Positions 55,066 to 64,000 of a stretch of 64,000 nt of DNA are shown here, piece by piece. The position numbers and the translations under genes are program-made. Positions within the stretch are counted from its first letter, which is position 1. Every line of letters begins with the position of its first letter. Source of the DNA: an uncultured delta proteobacterium (GTDB lineage: Bacteria > Desulfobacterota > Binatia > DP-6). Below the pieces are notes generated by a model. It was not told where the DNA came from, searched no databases, and saw only the letters and a list, made by a program, of their open reading frames with translations. The DNA is taken from positions 285,174 through 349,173 of the forward strand of contig CAWFFN010000012.1 in the NCBI GenBank assembly GCA_963815115.1, read 5' to 3'.

Positions 55066-56183
55066 ACGACGAAGCTGATTCGACGCCTGCTGCGCCGGTC
55101 GATTCCGAAGCCGGCAGCGGCACCCGCAAGGGCGCCATTGTTCTCGGCGTGCTCATCGTGACGAGCCTCGGCCTGTACGTCGTCGGCGACCGGCTCACGC
55201 CGAGCACGTCTCAGGCGCGCATCAAGGCATTCGTGGTGCCGGTCGCCGCCGAAGTGGCAGGCGACGTCGTCAAGGTTCACATCCGCGACAACGACGAAGT
55301 GCAGGCCGGTCAGCCACTTTTCGACATCGATCCCAAACCGTACGAGATCGCTCTTCAGAGCGCCCGCGCCAACTACGCCATCGCGCGCCACTCCGTCGAC
55401 GCAGCCCGCGCCGGTGTCGACGGAGCGCGCGCGGCGCTCGAGGCGGCCAAAGCCAATCGCGACATGGCCGAGCGCGACGCCGGGCGTCAGGAACGGCTGT
55501 ACCGGGAGGACCCCGGCGCGATCTCGGTGCGCCGCCTCGAAATCGCGCAGGCGTCACGCGAGGAGGCGCGCAGCAAGGTTCGCGGAGCCGAAGCCGAGCT
55601 GCGAGCGGCGGTGGAAGCTGCCGGCGAACCCGGTGACGACAACGCGCAGATCAAAGCCGCTCGCGCCGCGCTCGACAAAGCCGAGCTCGACCGCGGCAAC
55701 ACCCGCGTGCTCGCCCCGGCGCGCGGCATGGTCACCGACCTGCGCACTGACGTCGGACATTTCGTCCAGGCTGGCGCGCCGGTGATGACGCTGATCGCCA
55801 TCCACGACCTGTGGATCAGCGCCGACATGACCGAGAACAACCTCGGCCACATCGACGTCGGTGACGAAGCCGCGATCGTCCTCGACGTGCTTCCCGGCGA
55901 GGTGCTCAAGGGCCGCGTCCGCAGCGTGGGCCGCGGTGTGGACAGCGGCCAGCAGTCGTCGTCGGGCTCGCTGCCGACGGTGCAGAATAGCCGCGACTGG
56001 CTGAGGCAGGCCCAGCGCATTCCGGTCTCGATCGAATTCGACCCGGACGAGGTCCCGCGCCTGAAGCTCGCGCGCGTCGGCGGCCAGGCCGACGTCCTCG
56101 TCTACGCGAGCGGGAACCCGGTGATGAACCTGCTCGGCGCGATCTACATCCGCGTCGCGAGCTGGCTGAGTTACCTTTACTGA
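55062..56183 (+). CDS. HlyD-family membrane fusion / periplasmic adaptor protein
   Basis: The start overlaps the OMF stop (ATGA). An N-terminal TM helix is followed by the lipoyl-like block VKVHIRDNDEVQAGQPLFDIDP, a long coiled coil and a beta-barrel tail. Confidence 0.9.
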   Translation: MNDEADSTPAAPVDSEAGSGTRKGAIVLGVLIVTSLGLYVVGDRLTPSTSQARIKAFVVPVAAEVAGDVVKVHIRDNDEVQAGQPLFDIDPKPYEIALQSARANYAIARHSVDAARAGVDGARAALEAAKANRDMAERDAGRQERLYREDPGAISVRRLEIAQASREEARSKVRGAEAELRAAVEAAGEPGDDNAQIKAARAALDKAELDRGNTRVLAPARGMVTDLRTDVGHFVQAGAPVMTLIAIHDLWISADMTENNLGHIDVGDEAAIVLDVLPGEVLKGRVRSVGRGVDSGQQSSSGSLPTVQNSRDWLRQAQRIPVSIEFDPDEVPRLKLARVGGQADVLVYASGNPVMNLLGAIYIRVASWLSYLY

Positions 56184-56192
56184 GAGCGGGCC

Positions 56193-57239
56193 GTGAATCG
56201 GGGCGACAAGGCGGCTCTGCGACTGGCGATCGGGCTCGGCCTTGCCGTTCTCGTCGCATACGGGATGGCGCTGCCCGTTCCGTACGTCGTCTGCGTGATG
56301 TCGGTGCTCGTGCTGAGCAGACCGGGTCCACCGCTGCCGCTCGTCAAAGGCCTCGTCGTCGCGCTGCTGATCGCGGTGCTGGTGGCGGCGGGGATCGTGA
56401 TGGTCCCGCTGCTCGAGCACTATGCGTTTGCCGCCGTGTTGATGACGGCAGTCGTGCTCCACTCGATCTTCTTCCTGGGCTTGACCAGCGGCAATCCGCT
56501 GACTGCGATCCTCGTACTGTCGTTCACGCTGATCCCGGTGGCCGGCGTCGCGGAGCAGGCGCTGGTCGGAAGGCTCAGCGTAACTCTCGCGGTTGGCGTC
56601 AGTGTCGGCGTGCTGGTGAGCGCCGTTTCTCACTCTCTGTTCCCCGATCCGCCGGCGCCGGCTGCAGCAGCTGGCGCCGCGGCGCGCGTTTCGCCGGACG
56701 AAGCCGCCTGGATCGCCCTGCGTGCCACGCTGATCGTCATGCCCGTCTTCGTCCTCGCGCTGACCGATCCGTCGTTCTATCTCGCCGCGGTGATGAAGAC
56801 CGTTGCGCTCGCGCAGCAGGCCGGCGAGACCGACGCGCGCTCGGCCGGCCGCGAGCTTGTCGGCGCAACGCTGATGGGCGCCGCGATTGCGGCGGCAGTG
56901 TGGACGGGACTGTCCATCTGGCCCAGCCTCTGGATGCTGATGCTGTGGCTGATGGCGGCGTCCCTGTGGATCGGTTCGGCGATGTTCGGTGTCCGGCGCA
57001 CGAGGTGGCGGCCGTCGTTCTGGAGCAACGCGCTGATCACCACCTTCCTGCTCCTCGGCCCGGCGATCGAAGACAGCGCCAGCGGCAAGAGCGTCGTCGA
57101 GGGCTCCGTCGTGCGCGTCTGCCTCTTCGTGGGCGTCGCGCTCTACGCGTGGAGCACGATCCGGCTGCTCGAGCGCTTCCGTCCCGGCCATCCCCCCGGA
57201 CCTCCCGTGCTGCATCGGCAACAGGAGGAAACGACATGA
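56193..57239 (+). CDS. inner-membrane FUSC/AaeB-like (DUF2955-like) efflux component
   Basis: The start is GTG. Two clusters of TM helices are separated by a short loop. Its position after the OMF and HlyD genes matches AaeAB-type systems. The family call has moderate support. Confidence 0.7.
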   Translation: MNRGDKAALRLAIGLGLAVLVAYGMALPVPYVVCVMSVLVLSRPGPPLPLVKGLVVALLIAVLVAAGIVMVPLLEHYAFAAVLMTAVVLHSIFFLGLTSGNPLTAILVLSFTLIPVAGVAEQALVGRLSVTLAVGVSVGVLVSAVSHSLFPDPPAPAAAAGAAARVSPDEAAWIALRATLIVMPVFVLALTDPSFYLAAVMKTVALAQQAGETDARSAGRELVGATLMGAAIAAAVWTGLSIWPSLWMLMLWLMAASLWIGSAMFGVRRTRWRPSFWSNALITTFLLLGPAIEDSASGKSVVEGSVVRVCLFVGVALYAWSTIRLLERFRPGHPPGPPVLHRQQEETT

Positions 57240-57706
57240 CGCTCAGGAACCTCGTCGTCGGTGTGCCTGCCATGCTGCTCTGTCTCATCGTGCAGGTCGC
57301 GGTCGTCTTCTGGTGCGTCCGGTATTGCGTACGGCAGACCGACCACGACCCGAGCCGCCTCGGCTGGCTGAAGGCGATCCGGCCGCTGGCCGTTTCCATG
57401 CTGGCGATGCTGGTCGCCAACGTGGTTCAGATCGCGCTGTGGGGGGGCCTGTTCGTCTGGCTGGGCGAGTTCGAGGAGCTCTATCCGGCGATCTACCACT
57501 CGGCGGTGAACTTCACGTCGCTCGGCTACGGCGACGTCGTGATGAAAGAGGAGTGGAAGCTGCTCGGTCCGCTCGAAGCGGCCAACGGCGTACTGATGAT
57601 GTCGATGACCGCGGCGGCCCTGACGGCCATCCTGCAGAGCATCATTCGATCGCAGGCCGGCGCGATCGTCGCGGGGCAAAATCGACGTCGCGATTCCGGC
57701 GAATGA
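57236..57706 (+). CDS. minimal two-TM potassium-channel-like pore protein
   Basis: The start overlaps the upstream stop (ATGA) and follows AGGAGGA. The filter sequence is NFTSLGYGDVV, flanked by TM helices. Confidence 0.75.
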   Translation: MTLRNLVVGVPAMLLCLIVQVAVVFWCVRYCVRQTDHDPSRLGWLKAIRPLAVSMLAMLVANVVQIALWGGLFVWLGEFEELYPAIYHSAVNFTSLGYGDVVMKEEWKLLGPLEAANGVLMMSMTAAALTAILQSIIRSQAGAIVAGQNRRRDSGE

Positions 57707-57912
57707 ATCGCTCGCTCGGCGAGGCGCCGGATGCATGCCGCTGGGGGTAGGTAGCGGCCGGCGCGAGACCCGCCCGCTGTCGGACCGTTTGGCGAACGCG
57801 CGTCCCGCGTCGGCCAGGCGCATCACGTCGCCGGCAACGTCCGTTTGCACCACGGGGACTTCTTGCTCTACGGTGTGTCGACCGAACGATCGCTGCACCA
57901 AAGGAGAACAGC

Positions 57913-58179
57913 ATGCAACGAAGTTCTCGGCGAGGCATGGGCGTGTTGGCTGGCATCGTGATGCTCGCTGTCGTCGTACCGGCGTACGCGGAGACGCAAG
58001 GCATGGGGCGGCGCGACGATCGCCGCGACGACCGTGCCGGGGGACGGGCCGCGAAGCAGGCGTGCAAAGCGGGCGACGAAAAGACCCGCGCGGAATGCCG
58101 GCAGACGAAGCGCACCACCAAGCACGGTGAAGGCGGGGGCACGGCCAACCAGGCACCCGCGGCGAACCCGGCGCAGTGA
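57913..58179 (+). CDS. small secreted highly basic protein (88 aa)
   Basis: The ATG follows AAAGGAGA. The signal peptide is VLAGIVMLAVVVPAYA. The mature part is rich in R/K/D and has two Cys. Confidence 0.5.
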   Translation: MQRSSRRGMGVLAGIVMLAVVVPAYAETQGMGRRDDRRDDRAGGRAAKQACKAGDEKTRAECRQTKRTTKHGEGGGTANQAPAANPAQ

Positions 58180-58185
58180 CGGCCC

Positions 58186-58223
58186 GAGCGGGGGCGACGT
58201 CCGACCGGCACGTCGCCCCGCTC
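58186..58223. terminator. bidirectional hairpin between convergent genes (about 14-bp stem with one bulged G, 9-nt loop)
   Basis: The sequence is GAGCGGGGGCGACGT-ccgaccggc-ACGTCGCCCCGCTC. It lies between the 58179 and 58264 stop codons. Confidence 0.5.
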
Positions 58224-58263
58224 GCCGCACGCTAGCTGCCGCAAGCAGGCGCCGGCGACACCC

Positions 58264-58848
58264 TCAGCGCATCGCTTTGAGGAGCTTGCTCGTTCCGGCA
58301 CCCCAGCGCGTGATCACGGCGACCGCCTCGGTGACCGGAATGTCGACCCAGTGCACGCGCCGGCGCGGCAGGATGTAGAGGGAACCCGCGGCGGGTGTAG
58401 GCACCGATGGTACCAGCACCACGAAGCGGTCGTCGTCGATCTCCTCGACGATGAACGCGGGCGTGAGCGCCTCCTCGATCTCGACCAGCACGGGCTGAAA
58501 CTGCGCGTCGTCGCTACGGCCGGAGACGCGACGCGCGACGCTGCGTAGCATGGCGAAGCCGGGCATCCTTTCGAGCACGTGCCGCTCGAAGACCTCGATC
58601 GCTCGCCTACCGAGGCCCGTGCGTGCGATGAGCCCGAGTATGAAGCAAATCAGCAGCGCGAGCAGGATCGCCAGGATCTGACCGAAGTGGTGGACCCGCT
58701 CGGGGAGAAGCGCCACGATCGGACCGAGCAGGGCGACGATCCCCTTGAGCGCCTTCCCCAGGAGCAGCAGGGTCAGGTACATCGGGACCACGATCAGCAG
58801 GCCGCCGATCAACGTGGTCTTCAGGAACTCGACGAGCGCCTTCATCAT
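58264..58848 (-). CDS. DUF502-domain membrane protein
   Basis: MMKALVEFLKTTLIGGLLIVVPMYLTLLLL is followed by a second TM helix and a soluble C-domain, which is the typical DUF502 layout. Confidence 0.85.
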   Translation of the reverse strand: MMKALVEFLKTTLIGGLLIVVPMYLTLLLLGKALKGIVALLGPIVALLPERVHHFGQILAILLALLICFILGLIARTGLGRRAIEVFERHVLERMPGFAMLRSVARRVSGRSDDAQFQPVLVEIEEALTPAFIVEEIDDDRFVVLVPSVPTPAAGSLYILPRRRVHWVDIPVTEAVAVITRWGAGTSKLLKAMR

Positions 58849-58935
58849 CGCCCCTTCCGGCGCAGCATGCTTCGGGTCACGCGCCTGCGCCCGACGCGTC
58901 AGCTCTTCGCACGGTGCAGTGGCCGGCTCGCGGGA

Positions 58936-60657
58936 TCACGACGGCGCGCTCTGCGTGGGCTGCACACCGAGCGCGTCCACCACGTCGGCCACGGACGTGA
59001 AGCGATCGACGGGTCCCGCGGTGGACTCCAGCCCTTCCTCCCGGAGCAGGTCGCGCGTCGTGGAGCGCGCGTCGGTGATCCGCAGTCCGACGCCGTCCTT
59101 CGCCAGCTCGTGACCCAGGGCCCGCAGCATGCGCGCTCCGGCGAGATCCACGGTGGGCGAGGTCGAGAGGTCGCAGATCACCAGCCGGACGCCGGTTTCC
59201 TGGCTGCGCAGACGCTCGAGGACCGTCGCCAGGACGTTCTCCACGTTGAAGTACAGGAGAGACGACTCGACGCGGAACGCGAGGATGCCGCGGATGCGCT
59301 CGTTGTCGGGATGGCGGGCGAGATCGGAGAACCGGCGCGTGCCCGGAATCCGACCGAGGAACGCCACGTGGGGATTCGCGGCTCGCCGCAGCAGCAGGAG
59401 GATCGACGCCACCGCCGCGAGCAGGACCCCCTTCAGGATACCCAGGAACAGCACGCCGACGAACGCGACCGCCGCGACGTGGAATTCGAGGCGGCTGACT
59501 CGCCTGAGCCGCGCCATCTCGCGCACGTCCACCAGTCCCTTCACCGCTACGAGCACGACTGCGGCGAGCACTGCCTTGGGCAGGTTCTGCACGAGGCCGG
59601 TGAGGAAGACGAGGCAGAGCGCGAGGGTCGCAGAGGCGAAGATCAGGGCCAGGGGGGTCTTCGCACCCGCCTTCTCGTTCACGGCCGACTGGGACAGACC
59701 GCCGGCCACGGGATAGCCGCCGACCAGGCCGACCGCCAGGTTGGCGGCGCTCAGACCGAGCAGCTCCTGGCGCACGTCCAGCGGGTACTCGTGCTTCGCC
59801 GCGAAGGTTCGAGCCGCCGACACGCCCTCGATGTACGCGAGGAGCAGGCAGGCGAGTGCGAGCGGGATGACGCCGTCGACGTCGCGTGGGCGAAGACCCG
59901 GGAGCGCGATTCCCGGCAAGCCGCTCGGCACGCGCCCGACGAGCGTCAGGCCGCTCTCGCCCAGCGGGGTCAAGGAGACCACGACGATGGACAGAGCGAC
60001 CACGAGCAGGGCTACCGGACGGCCCGGGAGCAGCCGTTCACCGGCGATCAGCATCGCGATCGCCAGGAAGCCGACGGCCGTCGCGACGGGGTTCAGATGC
60101 CCGAGCTGGCCGCCGACCGCTGCCAGACGGGTGAAGAACCCGTCGCCGCCTCCGGGTACCCCGAGGAGCGCCGGCAGCTGCGTGGAGGCGATGCTGAGCG
60201 CCGCGCCCGCCTTGAACCCGACGAGGATCGTCTCGCTGATGAAGCTCGTCAGCGTGCTCAACCGCAGCATCCACGCCAGGGCGCTGAGGAGCGCCACGAG
60301 CAGGGCGGTCAGGGTGGCGACCTGCGCGTACCGTGCCGCATCGCCGCCGGCGATCTCGGCCAGGGTGACACCGACCATCAACGAGATCGCCGAGGTCGGC
60401 CCCACTGCCAGCTGACGCGACGACCCGAAGAGGGCGTAGCCGACACCGCCCAGGAGGTAGCCATACAGCCCGATCTGAGGCGGCAGCCCGGCCAGACCCG
60501 CATAGGCCAGCGAGACGGGAATGGCATACGCGGCGAGGGTGATGCCGGCGATCAGATCCGCGGCCAGCCAGTCGCGACGATACCCCGGCAGCCATCGGGC
60601 AGGCGGGAACATCGAGCCTCGATCGACCGGCGGCGAGGCCTGCGCGTGCGCGGGCAT
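58936..60657 (-). CDS. SulP-family anion transporter with STAS domain
   Basis: WLPGYRRDWLAADLIAGITLAAYAIPVSLAYAGLAGLPPQIGLYGY is the SulP N-terminus. The STAS tail is ILAFRVESSLLYFNVENV. Confidence 0.9.
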   Translation of the reverse strand: MPAHAQASPPVDRGSMFPPARWLPGYRRDWLAADLIAGITLAAYAIPVSLAYAGLAGLPPQIGLYGYLLGGVGYALFGSSRQLAVGPTSAISLMVGVTLAEIAGGDAARYAQVATLTALLVALLSALAWMLRLSTLTSFISETILVGFKAGAALSIASTQLPALLGVPGGGDGFFTRLAAVGGQLGHLNPVATAVGFLAIAMLIAGERLLPGRPVALLVVALSIVVVSLTPLGESGLTLVGRVPSGLPGIALPGLRPRDVDGVIPLALACLLLAYIEGVSAARTFAAKHEYPLDVRQELLGLSAANLAVGLVGGYPVAGGLSQSAVNEKAGAKTPLALIFASATLALCLVFLTGLVQNLPKAVLAAVVLVAVKGLVDVREMARLRRVSRLEFHVAAVAFVGVLFLGILKGVLLAAVASILLLLRRAANPHVAFLGRIPGTRRFSDLARHPDNERIRGILAFRVESSLLYFNVENVLATVLERLRSQETGVRLVICDLSTSPTVDLAGARMLRALGHELAKDGVGLRITDARSTTRDLLREEGLESTAGPVDRFTSVADVVDALGVQPTQSAPS

Positions 60658-60760
60658 CGACTCAGACGACAGGTGGGCCGGCTGGGCCCGTCATGCGCGT
60701 GTGAGCTCCATCGACCCCGTGACTGCCTCCCTGCCGTCCGCTGCGGGTTGTCGCGCCCGA

Positions 60761-63700
60761 TCAACCGGCAGCCCTGGCGCCGTGCGACGGGCTCTCCGGC
60801 GCCGCAGCGCTCTGCTTCGCCGCTGCGCGGCGATCGACGGCGCCGCGGATCACCTCGTAGAAGATGGGGGTGAAGAACAACCCGAAGAGGGTGACGCCGA
60901 GCATGCCGCTGAACACCGCGATGCCGAGCGCGAACCGCATCTCGGCCCCGGCCCCGGCCGTCGTCACCAGCGGGACGACCCCGAGGATGAACGCGAGTGA
61001 CGTCATGATGATCGGCCGCAGCCGGGTCCGGCAGGCTTCGATGATCGACTCGTGGCGTGTCTTCCCTTGCTCCTGGAGCTGCTTGGCGAACTCGACGATC
61101 AGGATGGCGTTCTTGGCGGCGAGTCCGATCAGCACGACCAGACCGATCTGCGTGAAGATGTTGTTGTCGGAGCCCACGACCCAGACGCCGGTGATGGCGG
61201 CCAGCAGGCACATGGGTACGATCAGGATGATGGCGCCCGGCAGCGACCAGCTCTCGTACTGCCCGGCCAGCACCATGAAGACCAGGAGCGCGCCGAAGGC
61301 GAACACGAACACGGCGGTGTTGCCGGCGAGGATCTGCTGGAGCGTCAGCTCGGTCCACTCGAAGCCCATGCCCGTCGGAAGCTCGCGCTGGGCGACCGCC
61401 TCCATGAGGCCGATCGCCGTTCCCGAGCTGACGCCGGGTGCAGTCCCTCCGGACACCTCTGCGGACGGGAACATGTTGTAGTGGTTCACGATGGCGGGGC
61501 CCGTGGTGTCGCGCACCGCGAGCAGCGTCGCCAGCGGAACCATCTTGCCGTCGCGGGAACGCACCTTGAGCGCCCCGATGTCCTCCGGTCGTATGCGGAA
61601 CGAAGCGTCCGCCTGCACGTTCACCTGCCAGTTGCGACCGAAGCGGGTGAAGTCGTTCACGTACGCCGAGCCGAGGTACACCTGCAGGGTGGCGAAGACG
61701 TCGTCGAGCGCCACGCCGAGCGCCTTCGCCTTGGTGCGGTCGATGTCGACGTAGAGCTGCGGCTGCGAGGCGCGGAAGCTGGAGAACAGGCCGACGAGAC
61801 CCGGCTGCGCCTCGCCGCCCCGGATGACGTTCTCGACCGCACCCTGGAGCGCCTCGAACCCGGCGTCGGCACGGTCCTGCACCTGCAGCTTGAAGCCGCC
61901 CGTGCTGCCGAGCCCGTCCACGGGCGGTGCTCCGAACGCCACCACGATCGCGTCCTGCACCTTCCGGAACTTCTGGCGCAGATCGCCGATCACCACGTCG
62001 GCGGAGCGACCGGACGCGACGCGCTCCTCGAACGGATCGAGGATGACGAACATCCCTCCCACGTTCGAGACGTTCGTGGCGGTCAGCACCGAGTAACCGG
62101 GCACGGCGATCGTGTGCTGGACGCCTGGCGTCTCCCGGACGATCGCATCGACCCGCTGCGTCACCTCCTCGCTGCGCTCGAGGCTGGCCCCGTCGGGGAG
62201 CTGGAGATTGACGACGAGGTAGCCCTTGTCCTGCTGCGGGATGAACCCCACCGGCACCCGGTGGAAGCCGAACCAGGTGAGCGCCATCAGCGCGGCATAG
62301 AGCACCAGCGAGATCAGCGGTGCCCGGACGAGGAGGCCCACGAGACGCCCGTAGGCGGTAGCCAGCCAGTCGAAGAACCGGTTGAACTGCTTGAAGAAAG
62401 CGAGGAGGGCGCGGTTCACCGGCCCGTTCACGGCCGCGCCGAGCACCCCGCCCGCCGCGAAGAGCGCCGCGCGCAGCAGCCAGAGCCACGCGCCTCCACC
62501 GCCCGCGCCGTGCCCCTCGTGGCCGTGCCCGCCACCGCCGAGCCCCATGAGGTGCGCCACACGGCCCTCGAGCAGGAAGTCGACCAGAAGCGCCCCGAGC
62601 ACGATCACGGCGACGCGCGGGAGCGCCTCGCGACGCTCCTCGCCGTGCGCATGGGGCTTGATGAGCGTCACGGCACGCGCCGGGGCCATGGTCATCGCGT
62701 TGATCGCCGAGATGATGGTCGCGGCGGCGATGGTCAGCGCGAACTGGCGGTAGAACTGGCCGCTGATGCCGGGAATGAAGGCGGTCGGGATGAACACGGC
62801 GCTCAGCACCAGCGTGATCGCGATCACCGGGCCGGTGATCTCGTCGAGCGCCTTGATGGTCGCCTCGCGGGGCGGGAGGCCCTGCGCCATCCAGCGCTCC
62901 ACGTTCTCGACCACCACGATGGCGTCGTCCACGACGATGCCGATGGCGAGCACGAGGCCGAAGAGCGAGAGGTTGTTGAGCGAGAAGCCGAGGACGCTCA
63001 TCACGGCGAGCGTCCCGACGAGCGACACCGGCACGTCGATCATCGGCAGCAGCGTCGCCCGCCAGTCCTGGAGGAAGATCAGGACGACGAGGAACACCAG
63101 GATGAACGCCTCGGTGAGCGTCTTGTAGACCTCGTGCACCGACTCGTTCACGAACACCGTGGTGTCGTAGACGATCCGGTACTCCATGCCCTGGGGAAAG
63201 CGCGCGGCGAGCCGATCCATCTCGGCGCGGATGCTCTGGGCGGTGGCGAGCGCGTTGGCGCCGGGGAGCTGGTAGAGCGCGAGCGTGACCGACGGCTTGC
63301 CGTCGAGGTAGCTCGACACGTCGTAGCTCTTGGAGCCCAGCTCGACCCGTCCGACGTCGGCCAGTCGCGTGATCTGGCCCTGCTCACCGGTCTTGAGGAC
63401 GATCTGCGCGAACTGCTCGGGGTCGAGGAGCCGCCCGAGCGTGTTGATGGTGTACTGGAAGTCGAGCCCCGCGGGGGCGGGCGGCTGGCCGATGCGCCCG
63501 GCGGCCACCTGCACGTTCTGCTCGCGCAGCGCGTTGACGACGTCGCTGGCCGTCATGCTGCGCGCGGCCAGCTGCGTCGGGTCGAGCCACACGCGCATGC
63601 TGTAGTCGCGCGCGCCGAGGAAGCTCACGTCGCCCACGCCGGGCAGGCGCGCGAGGGCGTCCTTCACCTGGATGGTGGCGTAGTTGCTCAGGTAGAGCTG

Positions 63701-64000
63701 GTCGTAGCGCCCGTCGGGCGACAGCAGGTTCACGCACAGGAGGATCATCGGCGACTTCTTCTTCACCGTGACGCCCTGCCGCTTCACCTCCTCGGGCAGC
63801 TTGGCCTCCGCGATCGCGACGCGGTTCTGCGTCAGCACCTGGGCGAAGTCGAGGTTGGTGCCCGTCCGGAACGTGACGTCCAGCGTCATCGAGCCGTCGT
63901 TGCCGCTCTTCGAGAGCATGTAGAGCATGCCCTCGACGCCGTTCACCTCCTGCTCGATCGGGGCGGCGACGGTATCGGCCACGACCTTGGCGCTGGCGCC
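60761..64000 (-). CDS. RND (HAE1/AcrB-type) efflux permease, 5' end beyond the right edge (partial)
   Basis: The reading frame is open to the window end. VAAPIEQEVNGVEGMLYM, VVDDAIVVVENVER and IGLVVLIGLAAKNAILIVEFA are hallmark RND blocks. Confidence 0.95.
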   Translation of the reverse strand, partial: GASAKVVADTVAAPIEQEVNGVEGMLYMLSKSGNDGSMTLDVTFRTGTNLDFAQVLTQNRVAIAEAKLPEEVKRQGVTVKKKSPMILLCVNLLSPDGRYDQLYLSNYATIQVKDALARLPGVGDVSFLGARDYSMRVWLDPTQLAARSMTASDVVNALREQNVQVAAGRIGQPPAPAGLDFQYTINTLGRLLDPEQFAQIVLKTGEQGQITRLADVGRVELGSKSYDVSSYLDGKPSVTLALYQLPGANALATAQSIRAEMDRLAARFPQGMEYRIVYDTTVFVNESVHEVYKTLTEAFILVFLVVLIFLQDWRATLLPMIDVPVSLVGTLAVMSVLGFSLNNLSLFGLVLAIGIVVDDAIVVVENVERWMAQGLPPREATIKALDEITGPVIAITLVLSAVFIPTAFIPGISGQFYRQFALTIAAATIISAINAMTMAPARAVTLIKPHAHGEERREALPRVAVIVLGALLVDFLLEGRVAHLMGLGGGGHGHEGHGAGGGGAWLWLLRAALFAAGGVLGAAVNGPVNRALLAFFKQFNRFFDWLATAYGRLVGLLVRAPLISLVLYAALMALTWFGFHRVPVGFIPQQDKGYLVVNLQLPDGASLERSEEVTQRVDAIVRETPGVQHTIAVPGYSVLTATNVSNVGGMFVILDPFEERVASGRSADVVIGDLRQKFRKVQDAIVVAFGAPPVDGLGSTGGFKLQVQDRADAGFEALQGAVENVIRGGEAQPGLVGLFSSFRASQPQLYVDIDRTKAKALGVALDDVFATLQVYLGSAYVNDFTRFGRNWQVNVQADASFRIRPEDIGALKVRSRDGKMVPLATLLAVRDTTGPAIVNHYNMFPSAEVSGGTAPGVSSGTAIGLMEAVAQRELPTGMGFEWTELTLQQILAGNTAVFVFAFGALLVFMVLAGQYESWSLPGAIILIVPMCLLAAITGVWVVGSDNNIFTQIGLVVLIGLAAKNAILIVEFAKQLQEQGKTRHESIIEACRTRLRPIIMTSLAFILGVVPLVTTAGAGAEMRFALGIAVFSGMLGVTLFGLFFTPIFYEVIRGAVDRRAAAKQSAAAPESPSHGARAAG

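Noticed and set aside
58579-62489. The + strand 764-aa ORF 58579-60873 and the minus-strand 645-aa ORF 60552-62489.
   Set aside because: The first is antisense to the DUF502 and SulP genes. The second is an out-of-frame shadow of the RND permease. Both are Arg-rich and lack the TM segments that the accepted frames show.

Overview
This is a high-GC bacterial chromosomal segment (roughly two-thirds G+C by eye) that is densely coding. I support about 58 protein-coding genes, one complete IS1380-family insertion sequence, two gene remnants, a few hairpins, one operator-like repeat and one in-frame tandem repeat. I recognised no rRNA, tRNA or CRISPR array. Because of the GC content, nearly every real gene is shadowed by long Arg/Ala/Gly/Pro-rich ORFs in other frames. 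I chose between them using recognisable family motifs, start/stop coupling between neighbours, and by-eye G/C-ending codon bias.

Gene content, left to right:
- A six-gene + strand operon: GST-like, leaderless sulfatase, LLM oxidoreductase, GST, PL10-like secreted protein, ThrH.
- A lipid-linked glycosylation module: GT-C-like membrane protein, GT2, and a nucleotidyltransferase::GT2 fusion.
- A thrombospondin-type-3-repeat protein and two tandem paralogous cysteine-rich secreted proteins with C-terminal IPT/TIG-like domains.
- A vapBC toxin-antitoxin pair.
- A three-gene SdpA/SdpB-like cassette with an uncharacterised first gene.
- A B12-radical-SAM, PhyH, LLM and thiolase cluster.
- TrmH, a penicillin-acylase-family Ntn hydrolase, and transporters (CAX, K+ channel, BASS).
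- A translationally coupled DyP-peroxidase cassette bracketed by two paralogous outer-membrane channels.
- Two tandem lipoprotein PLD paralogues split by the IS.
- A lower-GC patch of small secreted proteins.
- Two SulP transporters, a five-gene AI-2E/OMF/HlyD/FUSC-like/K-channel operon, DUF502, and a truncated RND pump at the right edge.

The candidates I rank highest for something undescribed are the Sdp-like cassette (16075-18429) and the DyP cassette (34664-41299). All functional calls come from motif recognition by eye, and no database search was run.
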